64,000 bases of DNA from NCBI RefSeq assembly GCF_036321535.1, contig NC_087437.1, forward strand, positions 29,700,001 to 29,764,000. Reading direction: 5' to 3'. The notes beneath the pieces are model-generated. The model was not told where the DNA came from, made no database searches, and saw nothing but the letters and a program-made list of their open reading frames with translations. A program made the position numbers and the translations under genes. Each line of letters begins with the position of its first letter. The stretch's first letter is position 1. Positions 1-12,399 of the stretch are shown here, piece by piece. The DNA comes from Camelus dromedarius (Eukaryota).

Positions 1-404
1 TGCCAAATACTTGTAGTCTTAGATTGTGTAGCTTAGTTAAATCTCCTTTGCACTCTCTCATACCTGTGGTTAGAAAAAAGAATTTTAAGTTGAGGTAAGA
101 GACAGGAGACAAAGTGGTGGCACAGCAAGATTATATTATATTTTCAAGACAGTCCTAAAATTTCTGAAAGAAACCTGAAGAAAAAGACTACAGTGCCCAA
201 AATGGAATGATATGTATGAGTGAGCTGATAGTGCCGGGTCAGGATATTTTGCTGTGCCGGGACATGGAGTCATCATCTGCATTGCATAGGACGCACCGTG
301 GTTTTCCCGTTAAGCAATGCAGAGCCTAAGGTTTCCTAAAATGAAGCATTCCTGTCACTCTGCATCTCTTCCCTACCCTCTCTCTGATCACTCAACTTTG
401 ATTA

Positions 405-650
405 CTTTCTAATCACCTCTCAGATCTCACTCAAACATCACTTCCTCAGAGAAGCCTTCCCTGATTTGGTCTCCATGGAGTTGAGTGTCCTCTCTTTCTA
501 GTCCCATATAGTGTGTACCATAGTTGATTTTGTATTTGCATGAGTATAGGATCAATGGCTGTCTCCCATTGTCTCCTTAGAGCTCAGCCCAGGACCCAGC
601 TTGGTAGCAAGGCTTCGACAGATCTTGATTAATGAAGGAATGAGTGTAGA
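405..650 (+). mobile_element. L2 LINE 3' fragment
   Basis: Contains ctcaaacatcacttcctcagagaagccttccctga and ends in an aatgaaggaatgagtg-type tail, both typical of L2. Confidence 0.7.
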
Positions 651-1999
651 AATGAAAAAACAAGCAAATTGAAGGAAGGCTTAGAACAGAGGGACTGATA
701 CCGAATTCAGATACTGAATGTATCTCCTACTGGCAGGGAAAAGTAGTTAACAGTCTTGACTATGTTTTTAGACACAAAACAGAGCACCCTATCTTAACTT
801 TCACAATTTATGTATAAAATCCTGTAAAATTATGTCCTCTTTCCACTCTTTATAGAGCCTCTGAGGCATGTTACCACTTTGCTGCCCATCTTAACATTTA
901 GCACAGTGCCCACCATTAAAACACTTGTGTTATATTGAGAACTTTGAGCCATATTATACAGTGGAATAAATGTGGAATAATTATTCTGTACCTGAGATTG
1001 GTGGATTCCTGAGAGGGGGACTTCAGAGAAAGGAGACTGCTAAGGCAGACAGAGGGCTTCTACATTCTCTCCTGTGATGTCTCCACCATGAACAGTAATC
1101 ACACAGCTCCCCGTACACTGAACGCCCTGGTGACACTGCACAGGCCCTCTTCCTGAGCCTGCATTAACCTAGTTTTTTACTGTGCATTTTTAAAATGACC
1201 TGACTATGGAAAAATAATGTCTGTATCTCTGTGGTAATAAATTAAAGCAAAAGCTAATCATGTCCAAGGATTTAAAGTTAGATGCAAAAAGCAGACTGTA
1301 AAACTTAGTTCTTTCTATCCTTACTTTCCCCCTTTCCCCAGAAGCATAGGGCTTTCTATCAACTGCATAGCTGCCTAGAAGAGGCTCAATCTAGAGGCAA
1401 CTTCAGTGACAGTCATGGAAAGAAGTCTAATGTCATGGAGTCCCAGTGATATTAGTGAAAACAAACATGGCTGAAGCAGTAAGTCAGCAGTGATAAGTCT
1501 ACATAATGACCAAGCTCTTGAAATAGCAAATACTGGCATATCACTTGTAATGGAGGTCTGATTCAATGCTCATTTAAGTGAACCACCCAGTTCTTCCTTC
1601 TTTTGGGTCTCTTTTCAAAATTTTTTTGTAAAATACAGAGCATATTATTATAATTTTCAACTTTTTCAGATACATGCAGCCATGTTTTATGAATGATCAT
1701 ACAATTTGTAGTCCTTCATTTAAATTATTACATGCTAGCTTCCCTTCTGCCCCTTTTTTTCCTACAGACACTGTTTCTGTCATATGTGTTCCAAAGCCCT
1801 GTCTAAACTGTTCAGTTATGACAATCTAAAATAATTTTAGAAACTCACCCATTCAGGAAAACTTCATTAATTCCCTATGTTCTAGAATTACCGTTAGATC
1901 TAGAATTATCTTGAATATTATCTGTAAAATTTATTTTAAATACTTGCTCATTTATTCATTTATCTAGTAATTTTTGCCTTGGAAAATATATTCACTTCT

Positions 2000-2170
2000 A
2001 GGAGTCAGTAGCCCCAAGTTTGAGTTCTACTTTGGACAGTGTAAGACCTTTGAAATAGAATCTAGTATCTCAGTTCTAACTAAGAGTATAAACTAGGATT
2101 TATATCCTTTAGAACTAAGGGACTAGACCAATGCATTGTAAAGGTCACTTCCAATTTTTATATTTAAGAT
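2000..2170 (+). mobile_element. MIR3-like SINE remnant
   Basis: Ends gactagac...taaaggtcacttccaatttttatatttaagatt, resembling the MIR3 3' end; highly diverged. Confidence 0.45.
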
Positions 2171-2174
2171 TAAA

Positions 2175-2390
2175 TTACAATAATTGTTTACACTGATGAG
2201 TGCCAGGCATTCTGCTTAGCATCTAATGTATTTTATTTCAATCTTCCCAACAGTTCTGTGAGGTAGGTGCTATTATTATTGACATTTTACAAATGCAAAA
2301 AGGAGGCACAAAAGAGGTTATAAACTTTCCTAAGATCACTCAACAGGAAGCAGTGGAGCTGAGATGGAAATCCAGATTTGACTTATAAAC
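2175..2390 (-). mobile_element. MIR SINE
   Basis: gtgccaggcattctgcttagc...ctgtgaggtaggtgctattatt...attttacaaatg...gaggcac...aagatcactcaac is the reverse complement of the MIR core. Confidence 0.85.
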
Positions 2391-4722
2391 TCTTCTGCAC
2401 AATATCTAAATCAGAGGTCAGGAGAGGAGAGTGGAGATAAATTTACCTAAATGCTAAGTTCAGTCACTTGAGAAAATGTCAGTGGTATCTCTGGTTATGA
2501 ATTATTATGGATTAAAATGAATTATTCAGTCACACAGAAACAAGTAAGAATATTTTATGTCTCCATCTCTGTATGGCCCCTAAGCTACCTCTATCCATAC
2601 ATCTCCCCAGAGTGTCCCCTCATTGCACACTGTGACATAAATATACAGGCTCATGTATGCACATAAATATATGAACATGGACACACACAGTTCTAAATGA
2701 AGGATATATACCTACTATGCATCTATCTTAAACCTTGTAATGATTTTTTGTAAATTGACCCTTATATAATAAGATTAATGTGTATGAAATTGGATTTTTA
2801 TCAAGATAATGGTACTTTGTATTTCCACAGAAATACCTACAGAGACAGCCACACACAAAGTTATAGCCTAAAACTATTTGACCCACTTTCGTATTTCAAA
2901 AAAATTTTTTTTCTTTTCAAATTATTTTTGCTTAAGGCAGCAACAGAATAAGATTAAAACATATATTCAATTTGATAAAAATCAGTTAAACAGGATACTG
3001 AGCTAAAAACTGGGTGAACCTTATTTATATTCCTGGTTCATCAATTTTGAAAGCAGTCTCCAAGTTCTATAGAAGTGGTGAATATAATGCATTCTAATAT
3101 AAAACTGAAAAAACGAGGGCCAAAAGAATGCATATAAATTTCAAGTGACTAGCTTAAGCAACTAACTTAGCTATTAGACAGCATATTTTCCTTATATTCT
3201 GGTAGTAATTTCTCCAACCTAACATATTCTAATTTTATTTAAGTAATTTCAGATTTAATTAAAGAAAAATAAATACTATTTGGGATTTAAATAGAAAGAT
3301 AAATTTAGTTGTCCCTTGGGCAAATACTTTAGTAATTAACAGAGAATTACATACCCAAATATTTATTGGAAATGGATTGAAGAAATAATACACATGTATA
3401 TAAATAGATATATAAGTTAAGCATATAAAAACTGTTTTTTAAAAAACTGAATATTTGTCAAATCTCTAGAGAAAAATACTTCCTAAGTTTAAAGTCTCGT
3501 AAAATAAATTAAAATGCAAAAGTATCATAAAATAAAAGTTGGGGGATTCCACTTTCAAAAACAGTGTGCTGGGTAATCTGGACCAGGCTTCTACTGAGAA
3601 CAACTAGAAAAGCTGAATAAAATACAGGGTATATACTTAAAAGCATGGAAAAGCTAAAAAATAATAAAAGAAGTGGCTGCCCAACATCTTGGGAAAGAGT
3701 AAAATTGAGAGGTGTGAGCTGATGCAGCTGAAATGCTGAGTAGCATATTTGAAAGCTTCATAAGGTTAGGGAGCAAATTTGAAGAACAACAGCTGAGGGC
3801 AAAGGTCCTGATAAAACACTTCCCTTTGGGAGGAACCCTGAAGGGCTGTGCCCGAATAATCAGGAAGACCCAGGGGTAAATAGCAGTTGGCAGAGAATAT
3901 AGACTAGTTTTGCATCATTTGGATAACTCAGAGAAAGGCTTATTCCTTGAAGGTGAATTGAAAAATATCTGAGATTGTTGTTAAACTGAAGCTACAAGAA
4001 TCAGATGAAACATATCCCTCTGTAGGAAGAAAACATTGCCCTAGGATTCAAATTATTTCTATGAACAAGTTTTCAAATACCATATAAAGTGTACTATCAA
4101 TGAAGACTCACCACGAATGAGGAGATTCATGAGGAGAGAAATGTCATGAATGACAAACTGAAAACAGCAGATAGTAGAAATAGATCTGCAGGGGCTCCAT
4201 AAGTTAGAATTATCAGGCACAGACTTCAAAATAACTGTATTCAAGAACATAAGAAAAATTGTGGCAAGAATATAAAACTGTAAAAAATCACATAGCCAAT
4301 GTGAAAAAGAACCAAATGGGAGCTCCATAACCAAAAACTATCATAACAGAAATTAAGAACTCAATGTTCAGGTTCAACAAACTTGGCTGAAGAAAGAATT
4401 CATGATCTGGAAGATAGCACAGAAAAAAATACCTAGAATGAAGATTGAGATTGGAAATCACTGAAAAGTGTTTGAGATAAAAGGGCTATAGTGAAAACAT
4501 GGTTCATACAGTAATTGGAGTTTCAGAAGGAGAGTAAAAAAATGAATGGATCAGGAACTACATTTGAAGATAATGCCTAAGAATTTTTCAAAACCAATGA
4601 AACTGTATAATTCACAGATTAAAAACTGATTAACTCCAAGTTGGATAAATTTAAAAAATTTACATCTAGATACATCCTAATGAGACCAATGAAAATAAAG
4701 GATAAGAAATCTTAAAAGTCAC

Positions 4723-5302
4723 TGTGGTAGGCAGAATTCTGAGATGACTCCCAAGATTCCTACCCGCTGGTGTACATACTCTGTATAATCCCCTCCCATT
4801 GAATGAAACCTGTGAATATGATGGAAAAGTCCTCCCTTGATTAGGTTACATTACAAGTCAATGGTGGTGGGATAGTCACGCCTGTGATTATGTTAAATTA
4901 TGTGACTCACTAGTTGCAGACTGTGGAGAGTGATTCTTCTACTGGACTTGAATAAGTAAGCTACTGCCATGATGTGAGATGACCACAGGACTAGGACCTG
5001 TTGGCCTCTTAACAACTGAGAGCAGTCCCAACCAATAGCCAGCAGGAAAACAGGGACCTCAGTCCTACAACTGTAAGGAATTGAATTCTGTCAACAACCT
5101 GAATGATGTTGGAAGAGGATCTAAGACAAGATGAGACTGCAGCCCCAGCTACCCCTTTGATTACAGCCTTGTGAGACCCTGATCAGAAGACCCAGCTAAA
5201 CATTGCTTAATCCTGACCCACAAGAATTGTGAGAGAATAAATGTGTCTTCTTTTAAGGTAATAAGTTAGTGGTAATTTGTTACACAGCAATTGCAACTAA
5301 TA
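4723..5302 (+). mobile_element. MaLR solo LTR (MLT1E-like)
   Basis: Starts tgtggtaggcagaattctgagatgactcccaagattcc; ends aataaatgtgtc...ggtaatttgttacacagcaattgcaactaata. Confidence 0.85.
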
Positions 5303-5754
5303 CAGCATATTTTGGGATATTGCGGGTTCAGTTCCAGACCACTGCAATAAAGTAAATATTACAATAAAGTGAGTCACAAATTTTTGGTTTCCCAGTAAAT
5401 ATGAAACTTATGTTTACACTACACTGCAGTCTATTAAGTGTTCAATAGCATCATGTCTTAAAAATGTACATACTTTAATTTAAAAATATTTTATTGCTAA
5501 AAAATGCTAACCATCATCTGAGACTTTAGCAAATCATAGTAGTAACATCAAAGATTGCTCACTGATCACAGACCACCATAAAACATATAACTCTAATAAG
5601 AAAGTTTAAAACATTGCAAGAATTACCAAAATGCGACACAGGACAATAAGGGAGCAAAGGCTTTTGGAAAAATGACTTGATGCAGAGTTGCCACAAACTT
5701 TCATTTTGTAAAAAACATAATATCTGCAAAGTGCAATAAAATAAGTTATGCCTG
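5303..5754 (-). mobile_element. Internally deleted Tigger1 (Tigger1a-type MITE, TcMar)
   Basis: Both Tigger1 ends are present (cagcatattttgggatattgcgggttcagttccagaccactgcaataaag ... gcaataaaataagttatgcctg), flanked by TA at 5301-5302 and 5755-5756. Confidence 0.9.
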
Positions 5755-7539
5755 TATAGCACCCCAAAAAAGAAAAAGATTGTCTTCAAAGGAGCAATAG
5801 ATTTGACAGCCATTTTATGAGAAATGATGGACACCAGAAGACAATAAATGTGCAAAAAGAAAGTAACTGCAAAACTAGAACTCTATACTCAGCAAAAATA
5901 TCTTTCAAGAATGAATTTGAAAGAAAGATTATTTCCAGACACATAAAAACAAAAATTGGTTACCAGGAGACCTACATTAAAGGAAATTCTAAAAATGATG
6001 GTCAGAAAACAAATGATCACAGATAAAAACTGGAAGCTGCAAGAAGGAATGAAGACCAGAAGATAAATAAGTGGGTAAAAATAAATGACTGATAAATCAA
6101 GGATGCATGTTGAACTCTCTAGATTTCAAGTCTAAATGGCTATAAACTTAGCTTTGTGTGCTTATCCATACTATAGTTCACAATTTAAAAAGTTTAAAAT
6201 GCAAAATGAACAGAAGTTAAAAAGACATTTTCTAATTTTGATTACATACATTCTTTAAAGTCCTAGAGGTTAAAAATATCCAAAATACATGCCTAAAATA
6301 TGAAAAAACTAACATCTTCCTTTTTAAGTGAGCCCATGAAAACTGATGAGAAAATCATGAATTCTCAATAGATAGAAAGAACAAAGAACATGAATAAATA
6401 ATTCTCAAAAAAAAAAATACGCGAACGGGAATATATTCAATGATAGTAGTCATCCCAAACAGTAATGAAGCAACGTATTTGGGCTGTTAAATCAATAAAT
6501 CTATTCAAAATTCTGATGTTTATTTGATAAGAGCTCTGATACACAGGAAAAAAAAGTTGAAAGGAATATGGCAAAATCATAGTGGTGGTTGTGTTATGGT
6601 GATGGGAGTCTACATAACTTTTCTTTTTTTATTATTTTTTACCTTTCCTAAATATTTTATATTCATTTAGTATTTCAGTTGCATTTATTTTATATTTTAA
6701 CTTTCAGAATTTCTCTGAGGTTGGTATAAATTTAAAGTTTTCTTGAAAACATACTTGCACCCTTTTTGATCTCTATTTTAAATATTCATTGCTATATCTA
6801 ATTGGAATCATTGATTTAATACCTTATCCATAGCTCTGTTTCACTTCAAATACAAAATAGTTATGATTTCCTCTCTCCAATCCACCACATCATTAAGTAA
6901 GAAGTTTTTCCTAACTCACTAAAATAAGACACAGCATATCCTAGAAATTTACTCTATTAAGCATGGTTCATATATGTATTAGAGGCATATAACTTAATAT
7001 ATCACAACAAACAAAAAATAAAACTCCCTTTTGACCTTGTTTTGACTTTAATTAAGAGAGATAACAAATTTGGAAAATGCTTGTACCACATGACAATGAT
7101 TAAGTACCTAAATAAGTGAAGTGTTCATAGAAAATCAATGTTCAGTTTCATACAATGGAGGTTATGAGATTTTTTTCTTATGGCTTCTGAATTTTGTGCA
7201 TTGGTTAGAAAGTCTTACCACTTAAAGATTATTCTTCAAATTCTTATATATTTTCTTATGGTATTTATGGTTTCAATTTATTTTTGCATTTAAATTTTGA
7301 TCCACGTGCAGTTTGATGGAAAAAGTTAGGAAATATCTACCTTTACTTCTTCCCAAATTTTCTTAACACAATTTATTGAATAATCTATCATTTCCCCTTG
7401 CTTAAAATGTGCATTTCATTATGGACTAAATTTTCATATATATATATATATTTATATATATGAAATGTCTATTTCTGACTCAGTTTTATTTCACCTGTCT
7501 GTTTATTTTTGTGTTCATACCAAACTGTTTTTACTAACT

Positions 7540-7810
7540 GCAGCATAGTGATCTGGTTAAGAGCATAGACTCTGGAGCCCAATTACCTGAGTTTGAAGTC
7601 TGCTTTTTCCAATTTACAAGCTGTGAGATCTTGAGCAAATTACTTGACCTCTCTGTGCCTCAATTTTCTCATATGTAAACTGGGGGTAATAATAATACCT
7701 CTTGGTTTGTTATAAGGATTATTATGTAATCATACTTAATATATATAAAAAGCACTTATTACCCTGTGTGGCACATAATAAACACCATCAAATGTTTATT
7801 AAATAAAATA
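7540..7810 (+). mobile_element. MIR SINE, near full length
   Basis: gcatagtgatctggttaagagcatagactctggagccc...ttacttgacctctctgtgcctcaattttctcatatgtaaactggggg...tggcacataataaac. Confidence 0.9.
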
Positions 7811-8285
7811 AGCACATGTTAATGTCTGGTATAACTAATGCTGCTTTATGTATTATTTTCTCAATTTTCCTGGCTATTCTTCCACATTTATTTTCCATAT
7901 GAACATTAAAGTTAGTTAAATAAAAGATCAATATGCTGCATTTTTATTGGGTTCATATTAAACTTATAATTATGTAGTATTGGTATTTTTCTCTCTGAGA
8001 ACAAGGTGTATATTATTATATCTGGTCAAATTGTCTTGGGCCCTCAGAAGCAATTTAAAGTTATTGTCACATAGATTTTACAAAGTTTGGTAAAGTTTAT
8101 TCATAGATATTTTATATTGCTAGTTATTATTTTAAACGTAATCCTTCCACTAAGTTTTGTGTTTTGTATGTTGTACAACTATTGCTTTTTGCGTACTAAT
8201 ATTGTAGTCAGCTACTTTAAAAAGTTCTTACCTATTGCTTTTATTATTTTATCAGCTGGTTATTTGTAATTTCTATATATGTAGT

Positions 8286-8657
8286 TGTTATGGACTGAAT
8301 TGTATTCCCTCCAAATCCATATGTTGAAACCCTTACTGCCAATGTGATGATACTTGGTGATGGGCCCTTTGAGAGGTAGTTAGGTTTACATGAGGTCATG
8401 AGGCTGGGGCATTGATGATAACATTAATGCTCTTATAAGAAGAGAAACCAGGGAGCTTCCTTATTCTTTCTCCACCATGTGAGGACACAGTAGGAAGGTG
8501 GCCATCTTCAAGCCAGAAAGTTCTCACCAGAACCTTACCACACTGGCACCCTGATCTAGGATTTTCAGCCTCCAAAACTGCAAGACAATAAATCTCTTGT
8601 TGTTTAAGCCACCCAACATATGGTATTTTGTTATGTCAGCCTGAGCCAACAGAGACA
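8286..8657 (+). mobile_element. MaLR solo LTR (MLT1A-like)
   Basis: TG...CA termini: tgttatggactgaattgt ... ccatgtgaggacacag ... gtattttgttatgtcagcctgagccaacagagaca. Confidence 0.9.
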
Positions 8658-8849
8658 AATCATTGCAAATAATCATTTCCTTCTTTTTTCCCCATTTTTA
8701 TATTTAATCTTGTTTTCATTTAATTGCATTAGCAAGTACTTGCAGAAAAATATTATATAATAGTGATGATAAAATGGCTTTAACATTTCACATTAAACAT
8801 TACATTTAGGGCTTAGTTTTCAATTTCTGGACAATATAACTGATAATAA

Positions 8850-9020
8850 TGACAATATCTAATAATTATTGAATGCTTAATGTGTTCTGTGCCCTTCATA
8901 TATAGTGATTAGATTAATCCTCACATTAACTCTCTGAGGAGATTGAATTATCTCCATTTTACAGATAAAGAAACTGAGGCACAGAAGGGTCATGCCAAAT
9001 GACCAAGGTCACACATCCTC
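8850..9020 (-). mobile_element. MIR SINE
   Basis: Core ctccattttacagataaagaaactgaggcacagaaggg...accaaggtcacac. Confidence 0.85.
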
Positions 9021-9194
9021 TTCTTATAGCTAGCTTTGCATGCACCATAACATTACAATTAATTGTTTCATGTATCAGTTTCCTCACTATTCTGTACTTC
9101 CAGAAGGTTGGATCTCTTAAGACAAAGCCTGGAATATATTAAATATTTAGTAAATGCTTGCTTGGGGAAGAAATGAAGGAGCTGGTTTCCGAGA

Positions 9195-9510
9195 AAACAA
9201 TAAATTCTGTTTGGGGTTTGAAAAAAACAGGTTGCCTGCAGAAATTCCGAGGCAGTATCCTATAGACATTTGAATAAATACATCTTAAGCTGGAGAAATA
9301 TCTTGTCTGAAGCTAAGATTTGGAGTCACAAATTCCAGTTTAATTATGATTTTGCTCATGCTTCCTAACATTAATTTTATATTTAATTATTAAGGATATA
9401 GAAATACCACTCAGTAGAGAATTTTATTTAATAGGGGCTCTGAAGTCGTCAGAGTGGTTGAGAATACACACGGGGCGCATGTAAAGTAAACAAAAAAGCT
9501 GAAGAAGGAT
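9195..9510 (-). mobile_element. L2 fragment split by a ~100-bp templated insertion
   Basis: Left part ends agatttggagtcac and right part resumes tgaagtcgtcagagtggttgagaat. These match consecutive parts of the antisense L2 consensus as I recall it. Confidence 0.6.
9333..9434 (+). repeat. Local duplication of 11846-11871 and 11559-11631, in permuted order
   Basis: Hand alignment: 9333-9358 vs 11846-11871 is 25/26 identical; 9361-9434 vs 11559-11631 is 62/74 identical. Confidence 0.9.
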
Positions 9511-10309
9511 CAGGTGGTACTTCCTGCCAGGGCCGAGGGTATGGCTAGACAACGTGCTTAAGAAACAGGCAGTGTAATTTCATGCCCACACATTTTCTTA
9601 ATAGCTTTTCTCAAGAAAAACTGTATATATTTTTAAAATCTTCTAGTCTGAACAAGAATAAATTGTCTGGAAAAGAATTTCTTTCTCAGCTCCACAGGTA
9701 CATCTTATTATCTTATTCTTCCCTCTAGTGATCCTTATTGTTTTTCCTGCTGTTGGTATTACTTAAGCTACAGAAATGTACTTACCCATTGCTTTATTTC
9801 CTACTGCATTATCTAAAGTTGCCCCCAATGTCTTTAGTATTCCTTCTTTGACACAGAGAGCCAATTCATATGTTAAAACCACTGACTCATCAAAATAAAT
9901 TAAAATATGAAAAACCCTGGCATGCAGTAGTGTTGCCTGCTCACTGATGGGACCAGTTTTAATGAGAGCAAATACAAGGGGCAAACAAAATGCAGGGACT
10001 GGAGAGTCAAAGAGAGTACAGGTGTAAGGAACCAAGCAAGATGACAGAGTACGCTAGCAGAGGCAGGGCTCCAGTGTCATATATCAGTTTCTGCGTCTCC
10101 CCGACAACATTAAATTCTAGCACCATGGTCTCTCTGGAATTCCTAGAAAACATTTTTTGTCCAGAGTTGAATTTAAACACAGAATAGGGTTAATATAATT
10201 CCAGCCTAAAATCAAGGATTAAAAAAAAATTATACTGCCTTCTATATTTATACCCCAAATGCCATTTTGTTTACTTGGTGGGTTTTTTTGTTGTTGGGAG
10301 GATGCTTTG

Positions 10310-10815
10310 GGGGATTTCTTTTTTTCTGCTGAAAGTAACAGAAATCTCAAATAAGACTAGATTAAGCAATAAGAAAAATGTTTATGTTACATAAGGGGGA
10401 GTTTAGAGATTCAGCAGCCCAGTGATGTGAACCAGGATATGAGCTCTTTCCATTTTTCTGCTCTGCAGGCCTTGCTTTTTTGTCCCCGTCACTCTGAAGC
10501 TAGTCCACCTCACGGTCATGGCTGACAGGGAGCATGAACTGGAACAAGAGGCTTCCTTAATCACATCCTGCAGAAGGCAGAGAAAACATCTACCCCAGTT
10601 GTAGAAGGTAAGATGCTTGTTGTGTCGAATTGGGCAAACCTGAGATGCATGCACCAATACAAGCCATTAAGTGTGTTCTAGGTGCTCATCCTCATTTAGA
10701 CAAATCAAGAGCCAGTCCTAGGGTTTTGGATGAGAAATACACATGAAAAAGAGGGGTTCTTTTTCTTGAAAAAAGGGGCAAGTAGAAGCTAAATTGGAAA
10801 CAGATCGTCTTCTAC
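10310..10815 (-). mobile_element. Old MaLR LTR (MLT1J/K-like)
   Basis: Starts with gaaagtaacagaaatctcaaataagactagattaagcaataagaaaaatgtttat, the antisense MLT1 3' end. Confidence 0.65.
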
Positions 10816-12064
10816 ATCCCACCAGAAAATCTGAGGTAACAATAATAGGCACAGAGTTCACTGTGTTTTGCAATCCAAGTACTTTCTGTCATTTCATTGC
10901 TATATAAAATAATTTAATTGTACATTAAAATATCATGGTTTATTTGGGTATTTCTCATGAAAATACTGATTTTCCCTTAAAATAAAGTTGAGTATGATTG
11001 CATTGCACCATATTCACAGAGCCATTCTGATCAGAAAGAAAAGTACTACTAATTTTCTAATGAGGCTGAATGTTAAACTCACCAGAGATCCAGCAAACAA
11101 ATGAGATATACACACACTTCTGCATTATGGAAGATAGAAAGATAGAAAATCTTAAATAGTCATGATTTTCCTAGTCAATCAATGGCATATTTCATTTTTT
11201 TAAATATTTTTTACAGCAACTATATACTTTATTAGTAGTTTTCACAGTGATGTTAGCACAGAAACATTTTATTTTGCAAATGAAAGCTTGCATGAAATGC
11301 TAGTATTTAAGATAAGTAAAAAGTGGAATTACTCTGATTGAAGCAGGAGTTCCACCTACTTATTTCCCTTTTTTGTCTCCACTTCTCACCATGGTGGAAA
11401 TCGGAGGTGGGTGGAAACTGGTCTGTGAAGCAGTTTGAAAACAAATGCCCTGTATTATTGCCAATTATAATGGAATGAGAAAAAAGTAGAGGACTCTTGG
11501 AATTAAAAATGACATTGCCAATAATGCTGATTTTTCTGTGAAGACTCAGATTCACATCCTTCCTAACATTAATTTTACACTTATTATTAAAGATGTAGAA
11601 ATGCTGGTCAATAGAGAATTCCATTTAATAGAACACCGTATTATTATCAAGAGGATGCTGCACTGTGAACCAAATATTACATAGTAAAATAAACAATGTT
11701 CATGTTTGAGCACCAGATAAAGAGCTATAAACTTATTGTTGAAAAAGTGACTTCTTTTGCAGATGCATCATTATACACTCTTTTGTATGTAAGGTTATTT
11801 TCTTATTACTTTATCTTATCAATTATGTCCTGCAGATCAATTTCCTTCCAGTTTAATTGTGATTTTGCTCACACACTTGCTATTACCAAATCAATACAAA
11901 AGAGTATAATACATTATAAGCAAACATGCCATTGTGTGATTAGTGGTATAAGAAATTTCAAATAAGCCATATTGTTTGTCACCATAACTCTTTTTTAACA
12001 TGATAAAGAGTTTAGTTTATCCTTGTATTAAGGTATTATGTGTGGAGCTTGGATGGCCTTTCAG

Positions 12065-12300
12065 ATCTGTGATGATTTAAGGAGAGCAGGTCAAGACATT
12101 GCCCCCCCATACCAGTGACCAGTCATTGAGTCTGGCTGTCCCCAGGGAGGGGAGGTACATAACCTTGAGTAAGACAGCTCTTCTGCTGAGGACATTCCCA
12201 AGGAGGGTTCAACTGTGAGCCGACAGCATCCAAACTTCCCCACAGCTGAGGTAGTAAGTGTCTCAGTCCTGCAGGGACATTGGTGATGCATCACAGAATC
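12065..12300 (-). mobile_element. ERVL LTR fragment (LTR33-like)
   Basis: agacagctcttctgctgaggacattcccaaggagggttcaactgtgagccgacagcatccaaac resembles my recollection of LTR33. Confidence 0.55.
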
Positions 12301-12399
12301 AACTTCTGACTCCAGCTTTTTCCTCTGAAACTTAATCATTATATATAAATAACTTGGCATTTATCCTGCTTTTTTTGAAATGAACTAGCAGAATAACCA

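Larger units (their letters stand above)
3540..6100 (+). mobile_element. Old L1 5' region and ORF1 remnant, interrupted by an MLT1 LTR and a Tigger
   Basis: A-rich ORF1-like sequence (gaaattaagaactcaatg, gtaattggagtttcagaaggaga). ORF 5817-6026 contains NCKTRTLYSAKISFKNE, resembling the L1 ORF1p C-terminal motif NCQPRILYPAKLSFKNE. Confidence 0.8.
7150..8800 (-). mobile_element. Old L1 ORF2 fragments, interrupted by a MIR and an MLT1
   Basis: T-rich reverse-complement L1 motifs such as ttcctggctattcttccacatttattttccatatgaac and gttagtaagtttattcatagatattt-like stretches. Confidence 0.65.

Noticed and set aside
7431..7466. Hairpin tttcatatata...tatatatgaaa
   Set aside because: Explained by a self-complementary (TA)n expansion inside an old L1.
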